Origin: a bacterium
GTDB taxonomy: Bacteria > Patescibacteriota > Minisyncoccia > UBA6257 > HR35
Direction of reading: 5' to 3'
Assembly (NCBI GenBank): GCA_041640295.1
Contig: JBEQAR010000001.1
Coordinates: 82,453 to 142,991, forward strand
Length of the DNA stretch: 60,539 bases
This document shows, in pieces, positions 1-8,836 of this stretch. Numbering within the stretch: the first letter of the stretch is position 1; each line of letters begins with the position of its first letter. The notes below the pieces were generated by a model, which saw only the letters and a list, made by a program, of their open reading frames with translations, searched no databases and had not been told where the DNA came from. The position numbers were made by a program, and so were the translations under genes.

Positions 1-516
1 GAAATGGATTCGCTGGTTTACGGCAGCAGCAATTTCGTTGGCACTGGAACCAAAAATTTGGTCTCCGAAATCTTGGCTGCTACCGTAAAATTGGAGATGC
101 GAACTCGGAGAAAATCTTACATTTCCACCAGCAATTATTACTGGGGATATATAAGCTTGCAACACCGGGTCTTTGATATCTTCCATAGACCATCCCATTT
201 TATTGACATAGTCACGGAAGATATCTTTGTGATCAAACGCGGAGTGTGAAACTATATCCAAAGTCGCTTCGGCACCAAAATCCCAAAAGCTGAGAGCAAG
301 GATATATTTCTGATCCTCCTCAGTTTCCTCAGTTGGGGAACGGCGATATGCTTCGCGGGTAATCAGCCGGGTCATTTTGACGAGGGGTAGGTTGTCGCCT
401 CCCAAAAGGGCGAATATCTTATATTTTACCTCGTACCCCTCACCATAGGCTTCTTGGAATTCACTTATTGGAGAGAATCCCTCAATAGGCTGGAGATCGG
501 TTATTATGATTTTCAT
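1..516 (-). CDS. hypothetical protein; N-terminus present, C-terminus cut by the window edge (172 codons, MKIIITDLQPIEGFSPISEFQEAYGEGYEVKYK...)
   Basis: My manual reverse-complement translation is open from ATG at 516-514 to position 1 with no stop. It is absent from the ORF track because it is partial. A strong SD (AGGAGGTGAG, complement of 521-530) sits 4 nt upstream. G+C is much higher than in the rest of the window. Confidence 0.6.
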   Translation of the reverse strand, partial: MKIIITDLQPIEGFSPISEFQEAYGEGYEVKYKIFALLGGDNLPLVKMTRLITREAYRRSPTEETEEDQKYILALSFWDFGAEATLDIVSHSAFDHKDIFRDYVNKMGWSMEDIKDPVLQAYISPVIIAGGNVRFSPSSHLQFYGSSQDFGDQIFGSSANEIAAAVNQRIHF

Positions 517-520
517 GCAT

Positions 521-530
521 CTCACCTCCT
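521..530 (-). promoter_or_regulatory. Shine-Dalgarno sequence AGGAGGTGAG for the 1..516 gene
   Basis: Plus strand ctcacctcct is the reverse complement of aggaggtgag, 4 nt upstream of the ATG. Every other gene start I inspected in the window lacks such a motif. Confidence 0.6.
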
Positions 531-805
531 ATAGTTTCCTAGTTTGGTTATAACACAAAAAATTTTATTTGTCAATATTTTGTATATAGCCTACATATAT
601 TAGGCATCCCTTTGGTTTTTAAATTAATCATTCAATGGTATACAATTTAATTTAATTCTTTTATATACTTTAATTCTTTTTATATACAATAATTTTATTA
701 GATAATCTGTATTTAAGATAAGAGTATATTCTGTAATATCTCTTATAATTATACTATCTCGCGGCTGTTGTTAGGAGATACCCTTAAATAAATTTTTAAT
801 ATAAA

Positions 806-1468
806 ATGGAACGGTTTAGAGCTCCTAAAAGAAACAAAGAAGCAAATAGACCAAACGAATATTTAGAATCAACTATAGCTACATTAGAAAATCTTTTATT
901 GAATATCGAAGATCCATTTTTAAGACAAATTCTTGAAGCAGTTATTGAAAAAATCAATTTAAAGAAAACAATATCTGATATAGTCAAATATAGAGATGAT
1001 ACATCTGTCTATCAAAAAGTAAAACAGTTAGGAATTTTTTTCTTTATTGATAGTAGGAGTAAGTATAATTGGGGAGAACCAAATTCAGATTTCTTCTTAA
1101 CAGAAGGAGAATCATTTATTGATATTCACCTACCACCAATTAAGCCAGAAGAAAGAAAAAACCTTAGAACAAAAGCAGAAAAGTCATTTCAATTATTAGC
1201 TAAATATATTATTGAACACAACTTACAACCGAAATATATTTTAGGAGTAAGTTATGAAAAATTAGCTAACCTTGCTAAATATTTCGGTTTTAAAGTAATA
1301 GAAATTCCTATACCAGAAAAAATACGTGAAGCTGTTGAAAAAGTTTATCAAAAACTCATTGAAACTGAATATATACCTCGAAATAAACAACCAAGACCTA
1401 TGGGTAAAATTTTACTTTGTTATATGACAAAAGAAGATTTTTTGGAAAGATTTGGTAAAAAATCCTAA
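806..1468 (+). CDS. hypothetical protein (220 aa)
   Basis: Long ORF in the host-like AT-rich composition. I recognise no diagnostic motif. Confidence 0.5.
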   Translation: MERFRAPKRNKEANRPNEYLESTIATLENLLLNIEDPFLRQILEAVIEKINLKKTISDIVKYRDDTSVYQKVKQLGIFFFIDSRSKYNWGEPNSDFFLTEGESFIDIHLPPIKPEERKNLRTKAEKSFQLLAKYIIEHNLQPKYILGVSYEKLANLAKYFGFKVIEIPIPEKIREAVEKVYQKLIETEYIPRNKQPRPMGKILLCYMTKEDFLERFGKKS

Positions 1469-1688
1469 ACTATTTGATACTCGCATATAATTTTATTTTT
1501 TATCAGTTAAAATACTTTAAAAATTATTTCTTGAGTTGATTGATTTTTAAAAGTCTATTTAAAACTTATTGTTTTGAATGCTTTAAAGAATTAATAATAA
1601 TTTTAGCTCCTGGAGTAATAATTTTAAAACTTCGAATTATTGACTTCGTGAGTTGATAGGTAAAGTGATAAAAAAAATGAACTATTTT

Positions 1689-3243
1689 TTATGTTATTGT
1701 TTTTGTTGAATTTATTAATCTCTTAATTTCTTCATCAGAAGGCATAATCTTTTCAGGTTCAATTTTTAAAATATCAAGTATATCAATTATATCAACTTCA
1801 AGATCTTTTCCATCATCAGTTACCTTTCCTAAGGGTAACTTACAAATTTCTCTAATAATCCTTGGCCAATTTGGGTTTTTGAAAATTTCATAAATCTCTG
1901 GTAGTGTTTGAATCGTACCAGTCATTAATTCATTTATCATCCTCAAAACAACTTCCATAGCATACAAAGGATATCTTAAGAAAAAATTGATAGTTATAAT
2001 GTGACCAGCTCCAATATAATTAATTATTGGACCTTTTGGGATTATACCAATTTCCATTAGTCTTCCAATCAAATGAAGCTTAATAGCCATTAATGCATCA
2101 GCAAAAAGCTGTTGACCCAATTCTAAAAATGTTGGTTCAAAAGAAATTTTACCTTCTTTAGTATAAAAAGGAAAAAAAGTATACGTTATTCCACGATGAT
2201 TTATTCCACTATAATTAAAAAGAAGTTCTTTTATAAAATCGAGGAGTTCGGTTCTTGATCGAGTCTTCAGTGCTTTTTTGATTATTTCACGATAATTTAT
2301 TCCTCGATAATTAATATTAAGAAGAATCCTTCTTATAGCAGTACCAAGATCGGTTGTTGATTGTGCCTTAAGTGCTTTTTTAAGCCCCTGGGGGTTTCTT
2401 AAAATATTAGCTAAAGAGGGGCTTTCTCTTTTTAAATAATCGAAAAACTCTTCGAAAAACCGACGGGGTAGTAAAGGAAATTTTTTTATATATATTGGAC
2501 CCAATTTTAGCTCTTGACAGTCCATAGTGAGGTTCGACACATCCCGAGCATCTATCTCCATAAAAAATCTTCTAAATCCTTCATTAACGCTTTCATGCAT
2601 CAACTTATCATAGTGGCCCATATTTTCTTTCCACCAAACTTCTAAGCTTTTTCCATATGGTATATTGGCTAATCCTTCTATACATATCACTTCAGCATTT
2701 ACATTTGCTTTTTCTAACCAATATCTATGTTTTTCGTGCCATTCCTTTTTATGTATATAGCCCCGTAAAAAAGTATCGACACCACCCGGTAAACGAAAAT
2801 AATAAATTGGATGATCTGAATAATAACCTTCTGCTGAATCGCCATAATTTTCTCTAATATATCTAAGATGTTCGTATTCGGTTTTCATAATATTTAAAGT
2901 TCTTTCGTCTAAAACTTCTTCAAGTTCAGAAGGTAAACCATCAGGATATAAATCTCTAAAATCATGAGAAATAATTTTTATTTCTTCGCTTGTTTCAATT
3001 AAAACACCAGGAATATTTGTAAGATATTCAGCAATAATTTTATCTTTCTCCCTTTCTGCTGTAAGAGAAGAATAAGGACCAGCAGGGATACCGAGAGCTT
3101 TAAGTAAAATATCAGCTCTTATAGCTAATATATCAGGCGTTTCTCCTCTTATTTTTTTCTAATTCTTGAATAATTCTAAACCAATAATTTTCAGAAAGTT
3201 TTTCTCGTTTTTCAAAAGGAGAAATTCTTCCTTCTTGTGACAT
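1689..3243 (-). pseudogene. hypothetical protein of about 518 aa, interrupted by one extra base in a T7 (coding-strand A7) run at 3152-3158
   Basis: The 399-aa ORF (1689..2888) stays open upstream in-frame to a TAG at 3161-3159. A second ORF starts at ATG 3243 (MSQEGRISPFEKREKLSENYWFRIIQELEKNKRRNA*) in the adjacent frame. Deleting one A from GAAAAAAAT joins them (..QELEKIRGETPDILAIRADILLKALG..). Confidence 0.5.
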
Positions 3244-3458
3244 TATTTTTCTTAAATTAATAACATAACATATTCTAATAATATAATATAATATTATAAT
3301 TTAAGTTATAGAAACATATACCTCTTGTATGGAATATAAATAAACTTAAATTATATCATATAATAAGAAATTAAAATTTATCCTAATTTCTTAAAGAATT
3401 TATCTTGGTGGTACGATATAGGAGATAACAATCAAGATTTATTTTTCTGAAATTATTA

Positions 3459-3752
3459 TTATAAATTTAAAATTTTGCGATAAAAATTTTCTTTTTCTTC
3501 TTCAGAAAGAGTTTCGGTAATCTTTTGAAAATATTCTTTAATTATTTTTTGTGCTTCTTCTTGAAAAATATCTTTGATTTCATTAGGAGAAATAGAATTT
3601 AAAATTTCTTCAAATTTTTCCCAAGTTAAGTCAGTTTGATTTTCTAATTTCTTTTCTTTTATTAATCTAACTATAATTGTCAATCCAATTATTTCTCCTA
3701 AATCAATTAACTGTTGATTAATACTTTCTTCAGAAAAACTAATATCAGCCAT
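3459..3752 (-). CDS. hypothetical acidic protein (97 aa)
   Basis: ORF only; Glu/Ile/Lys-rich with no recognised motif. Confidence 0.35.
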   Translation of the reverse strand: MADISFSEESINQQLIDLGEIIGLTIIVRLIKEKKLENQTDLTWEKFEEILNSISPNEIKDIFQEEAQKIIKEYFQKITETLSEEEKENFYRKILNL

Positions 3753-4029
3753 TCTCTCACACTTCTTTCTGGTGTATTTTCTTGATTTGGCACCTTTCTT
3801 TCTGGATTAACCATAATTTAAATTATTTATAAAATTTAAAATTTTAAAATTTCGAAAAGTGTGGATAACTGAATAGAAAGATAAAATTTTATATAATTTT
3901 GGGCTTTATTTTAGTAATTATTCAGAATTGTAATTTTGGATCAAAAGTAGTGTTTGTAATAAAATTTATTGTAGAGTATAGAAACAAATAGAAACAAAAA
4001 AATTGTCCACACCTCCCCTTCTTCATTGG

Positions 4030-4077
4030 GGGTGGCGGGCTTTGCTCTCCTTTCACCGCCACCCTCCTTTTTATTTA
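4030..4077 (+). terminator. GC-rich hairpin (GGGTGGCGG / CCGCCACCC, 18-nt loop) followed by TCCTTTTTATTT
   Basis: A perfect 9-bp G/C stem (4030-4038 with 4057-4065) is followed by a T-tract on the plus strand. It is an isolated GC island in an AT-rich 379-bp intergenic region. Confidence 0.4.
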
Positions 4078-4131
4078 CATTTAAAAAATATTTATCAAAT
4101 AGTAATTGGAAATAAATTTTAATTTGACTCC

Positions 4132-4686
4132 TTAATTTTCAAAATATTTTCTCCTCAAAAATTCAGTAAATTCTTGCATTTCTTTTTGATACTTTTGTAA
4201 TCTTTCTTTTTTAGTTTCTATATCTGTTTCTTCTTGAAACTCAATACCTATACTTTCGAGTCGATATACCCCGCGAGTTAATTGACGAAGTGTCAAGATT
4301 TGAGAATAATCTTCAATTTTTCTTCCTTGATAAAATTCATTCAGTAATTTCAACACTTTTTTTGCTTCTTCTAAACCAGCTTTTCTAATTTCTTCTACAA
4401 TTTTTCCTCTTTCCTGTTTTTGAGTTACACCCTTCAACTTTTCTTCTAATTCTAGAACTTTTTCAGATGTTATATCAATATAGGGACCGCCTGTTCCATG
4501 ATCAATATGACCTTCACAAGAAGCAACTGTATTTATCCCTAAAGCAATTAAGAAAACAACGGTTTCTTTTATTCCTGTATCTACAGGCATACCTAATGCA
4601 TCTACAAATTGTTCAACTTTTTCTCTAATTTCCTTTAATCGTTTTTCTTTTTCTTCTAGTGATATTTTTGGAATTTCAGGTGTCAT
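4132..4686 (-). CDS. hypothetical protein (184 aa)
   Basis: ORF only. It contains ..NTVASCEGHIDHGTGGPYIDI.. but I cannot assign a family. Confidence 0.45.
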   Translation of the reverse strand: MTPEIPKISLEEKEKRLKEIREKVEQFVDALGMPVDTGIKETVVFLIALGINTVASCEGHIDHGTGGPYIDITSEKVLELEEKLKGVTQKQERGKIVEEIRKAGLEEAKKVLKLLNEFYQGRKIEDYSQILTLRQLTRGVYRLESIGIEFQEETDIETKKERLQKYQKEMQEFTEFLRRKYFEN

Positions 4687-5057
4687 TATTTTGATAAAAA
4701 TACTATAAATTCGCCAAATAGTGTTGCAAGGTAGATGACAATCTATATATGAACATAGCTTTTTATTGAAGTCACAAATGTTTACCTTTTCTCAGCCTCA
4801 TAATAAGTAATATTTATTCTAATTTCGAAATCATTAAGTTTCATTATTCTACCATAAAATTTTCCATTCAGTAATTTTTAGACAACTGACTGCTAAGCTT
4901 TATTTCTTTAAATAAAATTTAAAAATTAATTTTCTATTATTAATACCACTAAAATTATACTACTAAATATATTATCTTAAAAATAAAGACTAAATTTTAT
5001 TCTGATGTAGTATAATTTAAATGATTTATATTGTGAGAAAATACATATAATTAAAAA

Positions 5058-5933
5058 ATGAAGGGAATAATATTGGCAGGAGGATTAGGAACACGACTTT
5101 ATCCAATAACATTAGGCGTTTGTAAACAATTACTTCCTGTTTATGATAAGCCTATGATCTATTATCCTCTTTCTGTGCTTATGCTAGCAGGTATAAGAGA
5201 TATTTTGATTATTTCTACGCCCCAAGATCTCCCGAGATTTAAAGCTTTATTTAAGGATGGTTCTCATTTAGGATTACGTTTTTCTTATGCAGAACAACCA
5301 GAACCAAAAGGGATTGCGGAAGCATTTTTAATTGGAGCAAAATTTATTAATAACGATAATGTATGTTTAATTCTTGGAGATAATATCTTTTATGGACATG
5401 GACTCACAGAATTACTAAGAAAATCAATAAATAAACTATCTCGTCATGGTGGTGCTATAATTTATGCATATTATGTAAAGGATCCTGAAAGATATGGAGT
5501 TATAGAATTTGATAAAAAAGGTCGTGTAACATCTATTAAGGAAAAACCTAAACAACCAAAATCAAATTACGCTGTTACAGGACTTTATTTCTATGATAAA
5601 AATGTAGTCAATATTGTAAAATCTTTAAAACCATCTAAACGAGGCGAATTGGAAATAACAGATGTTAATGTTAAATATCTTAAGAAAAAAAAATTAAGTG
5701 TTGAAATACTTGGCAGAGGTTTTACTTGGCTTGATACGGGAACTCCAGAAAGTTTACTCGAAGCAAGTGAATTTATTGCTACAATAGAAAAACGTCAAGG
5801 GTTAAAAATAGGTTGCATAGAAGAGATCGCTTATAGACTTAATTATATAGACAAAGCAAAATTGAAAAATATAATTGACTCATGCAAGAATACCAGTTAT
5901 AGTAAATACCTTTTAAAATTACTTGAAGAATGA
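5058..5933 (+). CDS. rfbA: glucose-1-phosphate thymidylyltransferase
   Basis: N-terminus [38 protein letters not shown], plus ..GDNIFYG.. and ..LEITDVN.. are typical RmlA signatures. Length is 291 aa. Confidence 0.95.
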   Translation: MKGIILAGGLGTRLYPITLGVCKQLLPVYDKPMIYYPLSVLMLAGIRDILIISTPQDLPRFKALFKDGSHLGLRFSYAEQPEPKGIAEAFLIGAKFINNDNVCLILGDNIFYGHGLTELLRKSINKLSRHGGAIIYAYYVKDPERYGVIEFDKKGRVTSIKEKPKQPKSNYAVTGLYFYDKNVVNIVKSLKPSKRGELEITDVNVKYLKKKKLSVEILGRGFTWLDTGTPESLLEASEFIATIEKRQGLKIGCIEEIAYRLNYIDKAKLKNIIDSCKNTSYSKYLLKLLEE

Positions 5934-6043
5934 ATATTATTAAGTTAAAAAGTGAAGTATATGTAAATTTATTTTAATAATTCCTGATGGAATTTTAAGT
6001 TTATAATCATATCGTAGCATTTATGATAAAATATAAATATCAA

Positions 6044-6116
6044 GCGGCGGTAGTTCAGTTGGTAGAACGTCTGCCTTCCAAGCAGAAGGTCGCGGGTTCG
6101 AATCCCGTCCGCCGCT
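6044..6116 (+). tRNA. tRNA-Gly (anticodon UCC)
   Basis: Hand-folded cloverleaf: acceptor GCGGCGG/CCGCCGC, anticodon stem TCTGC/GCAGA, loop CTTCCAA, T-loop TTCGAAT. No CCA is encoded. Confidence 0.9.
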
Positions 6117-6137
6117 CCTGTTCTTATATCTTATCTC

Positions 6138-6224
6138 GGAAGGGTGCCGGAGTGGTTTAACGGGACGGCCTGGAGAGCCGTGCCCTCGCAAGAGGGCTCG
6201 TGGGTTCGAATCCCACCCCTTCCG
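6138..6224 (+). tRNA. tRNA-Ser (anticodon GGA), long variable arm
   Basis: Acceptor GGAAGGG/CCCTTCC, anticodon stem ACGGC/GCCGT, loop CTGGAGA, variable arm GCCCTCGCAAGAGGGC, T-loop TTCGAAT. No CCA is encoded. Confidence 0.9.
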
Positions 6225-6274
6225 CAGTAAAAAACTTTCTTATAAAAAATTTCAATTATTCAAATTTAATTGAT

Positions 6275-6709
6275 ATGAAAAAGTTAATTAAAATATATTT
6301 CGCTGGCTCTATTAGAGGAGGTCGTAAAGATAAAGAACTATATCTTAAAATTATTAATCTGCTTGAAAAATATGGAAAAGTTTTAACAGAACATATTGGT
6401 GATAAGACTTTATCATCATTGGGTGAAAATAGTTTAACCGATCAAAAGATTTATAAACGTGATATGGCTTGGTTAAATGAAGCTGATGTTATGATTGCTG
6501 AAGTTACTACACCCAGTTTAGGGGTTGGATATGAAATCGGTAAGGCAGAAGGACAAAAACCAGTACTTTGCCTTTTTCGAGAACAACATAATAAAAAATT
6601 ATCAGCAATGATATCCGGTAATAAAAATATTCAAGTTAAAAGATATAAAAATTTATTGGATATTGAAAAAATTCTTGATAAATTTTTTAAAAAAGAATTT
6701 CTTATATAA
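6275..6709 (+). CDS. 2'-deoxynucleoside 5'-phosphate N-hydrolase (DNPH1/Rcl-like, nucleoside 2-deoxyribosyltransferase superfamily)
   Basis: KIYFAGSIRGGRKDKELY..VLTEH.. and ..ADVMIAEVTTPSLGVGYEIGKA...PVLCLFRE...LSAMISG closely match the Rcl/DNPH1 signature as I recall it. I moved the start to ATG 6275 because the track start (GTG 6200) lies inside tRNA-Ser. Confidence 0.75.
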   Translation: MKKLIKIYFAGSIRGGRKDKELYLKIINLLEKYGKVLTEHIGDKTLSSLGENSLTDQKIYKRDMAWLNEADVMIAEVTTPSLGVGYEIGKAEGQKPVLCLFREQHNKKLSAMISGNKNIQVKRYKNLLDIEKILDKFFKKEFLI

Positions 6710-6917
6710 AATTAAAAAATAATTTAGATTTAGGATTTTAATTTTCAAAATTCTATATATCCTTAAAAAGCAATAACATTCTTTTCTCTGGTTTTTTAGA
6801 TAATAAAATAATTAATTAGCGGTTGTAGAAAAATTATATCTACCAAACATAATGAATAAAAATAAAATTTTTACAGTTATAATCTGAAGTTTATTATTTT
6901 ATAATTTCTCTAAAAAT

Positions 6918-7688
6918 ATGAGGAAAACAAATTTAATAGTAAAAATTATTGGTTTCTTAATTATATTTTCTGGTGTTTTTTATTTTTTCCGCACAAGCGA
7001 TTATTATAATTTAAAAATTCTTTCTTCTGAACTAAGTGGAATACCTTGGCTTTATTCATCTATAGGAATAATTTTCAGTATCATTGCTGCTTTTGCTATG
7101 CAAAAAAATTTAGACAGATGGAATAATCTTAATGCTGCTGTTAAGGCGGAGGTGGGGGCTGTAGAAGAATTATGGCTTTGGTCTGTTCATTTTCCAGAAG
7201 AAATAAAAATTAAAATTAATAAAGCAATCCAAACTTACCTTGAAAACATTATTAAAAAAGGATGGATGAAAAGTGAACTCGGAGAAAAAAGTAAATCAGT
7301 AGAACAATCATTAATTTTATTTCATGATGTTCTTTATGATATTGCTAAAAATTATCCGAGGCTTTTACCAACCTCTTTTTATATATTTTCAGAAATTTTG
7401 AAGCATCGAGCGGCACGACTTCATTTTGCATCACATAAAATGCCAACTGTTCTTCGGGGGATGATTTTCTTTGCTATGATGCTTATGATATTACTTTCGT
7501 TTTTGATTGCTGTTAAGAATTTTTGGTTAGATTATATCTTTACAGCAAGTATTGCTACTCTTGTTTTCATTGTTTTTATTGTACTCGATGATTTAGATAA
7601 TCCATTACTACCAGGAGGATGGCATCTAACAACTAAAGATTACGAGGAATTACTTAATCGAATAAAATCTAATAATCAATTCAATTAA
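6918..7688 (+). CDS. integral membrane protein of unknown function
   Basis: Hydrophobic segments at the N-terminus and C-terminus flank a soluble middle. Family is not identified with confidence. Confidence 0.5.
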   Translation: MRKTNLIVKIIGFLIIFSGVFYFFRTSDYYNLKILSSELSGIPWLYSSIGIIFSIIAAFAMQKNLDRWNNLNAAVKAEVGAVEELWLWSVHFPEEIKIKINKAIQTYLENIIKKGWMKSELGEKSKSVEQSLILFHDVLYDIAKNYPRLLPTSFYIFSEILKHRAARLHFASHKMPTVLRGMIFFAMMLMILLSFLIAVKNFWLDYIFTASIATLVFIVFIVLDDLDNPLLPGGWHLTTKDYEELLNRIKSNNQFN

Positions 7689-7695
7689 ATTCATT

Positions 7696-8626
7696 TTATA
7701 ACTTTTCACTTTTTTCCACTTCTTTTAGTTCCTTATGAGATAAATAAAGAAAAATTCCCAATAAGGCAAAAGTGTTAACTGGAGCTAACCAAAAAGGATA
7801 GTGCTTACCAAAACTTTCCAAAATCATTAATCCACCAAGCATGCCTATTGAATACATTGCTCCATTTTTCAAATAAGCAAATTTTGAGATTAAATTAATT
7901 CCTCTAATAGTAAATTCTCTTACTATAAAAGCACCCAACCCATTTCCTAACAAAATAAGAGGTACAGAAACAGTAAAAGCAAAAGCGCCAATTACTCCAT
8001 CAATAGAAAAACTAGCATCAAGCACTTCTAAATAAAGAATTTTACTCCAAGCACTTAAATGTGGATCTAATAATTCTTTTTCTTTCGCTTCAGCATTTTT
8101 TTTAAATCCATCGGTAATAAAGAAAACAGTAGAACCAATTGAAAAAGCAAGAGCAAGAATTGGATTGATCTTTATTGCAATAAAGATTAGAAATGTAAAA
8201 ACAATTGAAGTAATAGCATAAAACCAGATTGCTTGTCGGTGAATAAATCTTTCAACTAAAAAGGCATATTGTTTTTCTTCAAGAAAAAGCCAACTTAAAA
8301 AAAACAAACAAAAGATAAATACCACCAGCTGAGAGTAAAAGACTTTGAGATTTTTCTATGTAGTGTTGAATAGCAGGATCATTAGAAAACACAAAGGTAA
8401 TTAATTGAACAGGTGTTAATTTAGGATTAGTTAACCAAACAATTATAAAAGGTAAAATACCACGCATTAAAAACACAGCGATAAGTAATCCCCAAACAAG
8501 AAAAATTCTTTTAAATCTTTCGGGTAAGGTTTTCAAAACATGAGCATTAACTATAGCATTATCAATAGAGGAAATAACTTCAAAAACTACTAATCCTAAA
8601 ATAATTATTAAGGATTGAAAAATCAT
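7696..8626 (-). pseudogene. DUF475/TerC-like integral membrane protein, split by one extra base in an A8 (coding-strand T8) run at 8297-8304
   Basis: The upstream piece has EVISSIDNAIVNAHVL and the downstream piece has LEVLDASFSIDGVIGAFAFT, the two halves of one membrane-protein family. The ORFs overlap in adjacent frames. Deleting one T gives ..GGIYLLFVFLSWLFLEEKQY.. as a continuous protein. Confidence 0.6.
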
Positions 8627-8836
8627 TTTTTAATTATATATCAATGTTAATTTAATTTACTAAATAAATTATTAGTAGTTTACTATCTCAGGTTATTGAA
8701 GAAAATATTTTATTTGGAAAATAATTTATTTTTTATTGTTAATTTAATTACTATAATAAAATTTAGAAATTTGATAAATATTTTTTATAATTTAGTACAA
8801 AACATTTTAGAAAATTTAATTAATGAAATTTCTGAA

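Noticed and set aside
4-249. 81-aa plus-strand ORF from the track
   Set aside because: It lies antisense inside the longer, SD-preceded minus-strand ORF 1..516 and has no motif or start context. It is most likely a shadow ORF.
3366-3393. AAGAAATTA-N10-TAATTTCTT inverted repeat downstream of the 97-aa gene as a terminator
   Set aside because: The stem is pure A/T with a 10-nt loop and no convincing U-tract. Such palindromes are expected by chance in DNA this AT-rich.
3860-4011. DnaA-box words (TGTGGATAA at 3860-3868, TTGTCCACA at 4003-4011, plus those at 31279-31335) as a possible oriC
   Set aside because: There are only two to four boxes, with no dnaA/dnaN nearby and no obvious box cluster beside an AT-rich unwinding element. 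My rough estimate for an exact 9-mer in 60 kb of this composition on both strands is about one chance hit, so the count is not significant.
3895-4075. Small minus-strand ORF through the GC island (..MKKGRCGQFFCFYLFLYSTINFITNTTFDPKLQF*)
   Set aside because: It is only about 36-48 codons. The AGGAGG is adjacent to a GTG with essentially no spacing, and the ATG has no SD. There is no support beyond being open.
6200-6274. Upstream extensions of track ORFs: 6200 (GTG inside tRNA-Ser), 8696 (TTG), 10694, 26190 (TTG), 34750, 43656, 49670 (TTG)
   Set aside because: These extensions overlap a tRNA or the preceding gene, begin at non-ATG codons or encode junk leaders. Internal ATGs place conserved N-terminal motifs (MCR.., MIIIKIGG.., GIY-YIG, the prepilin leader) at the expected position.
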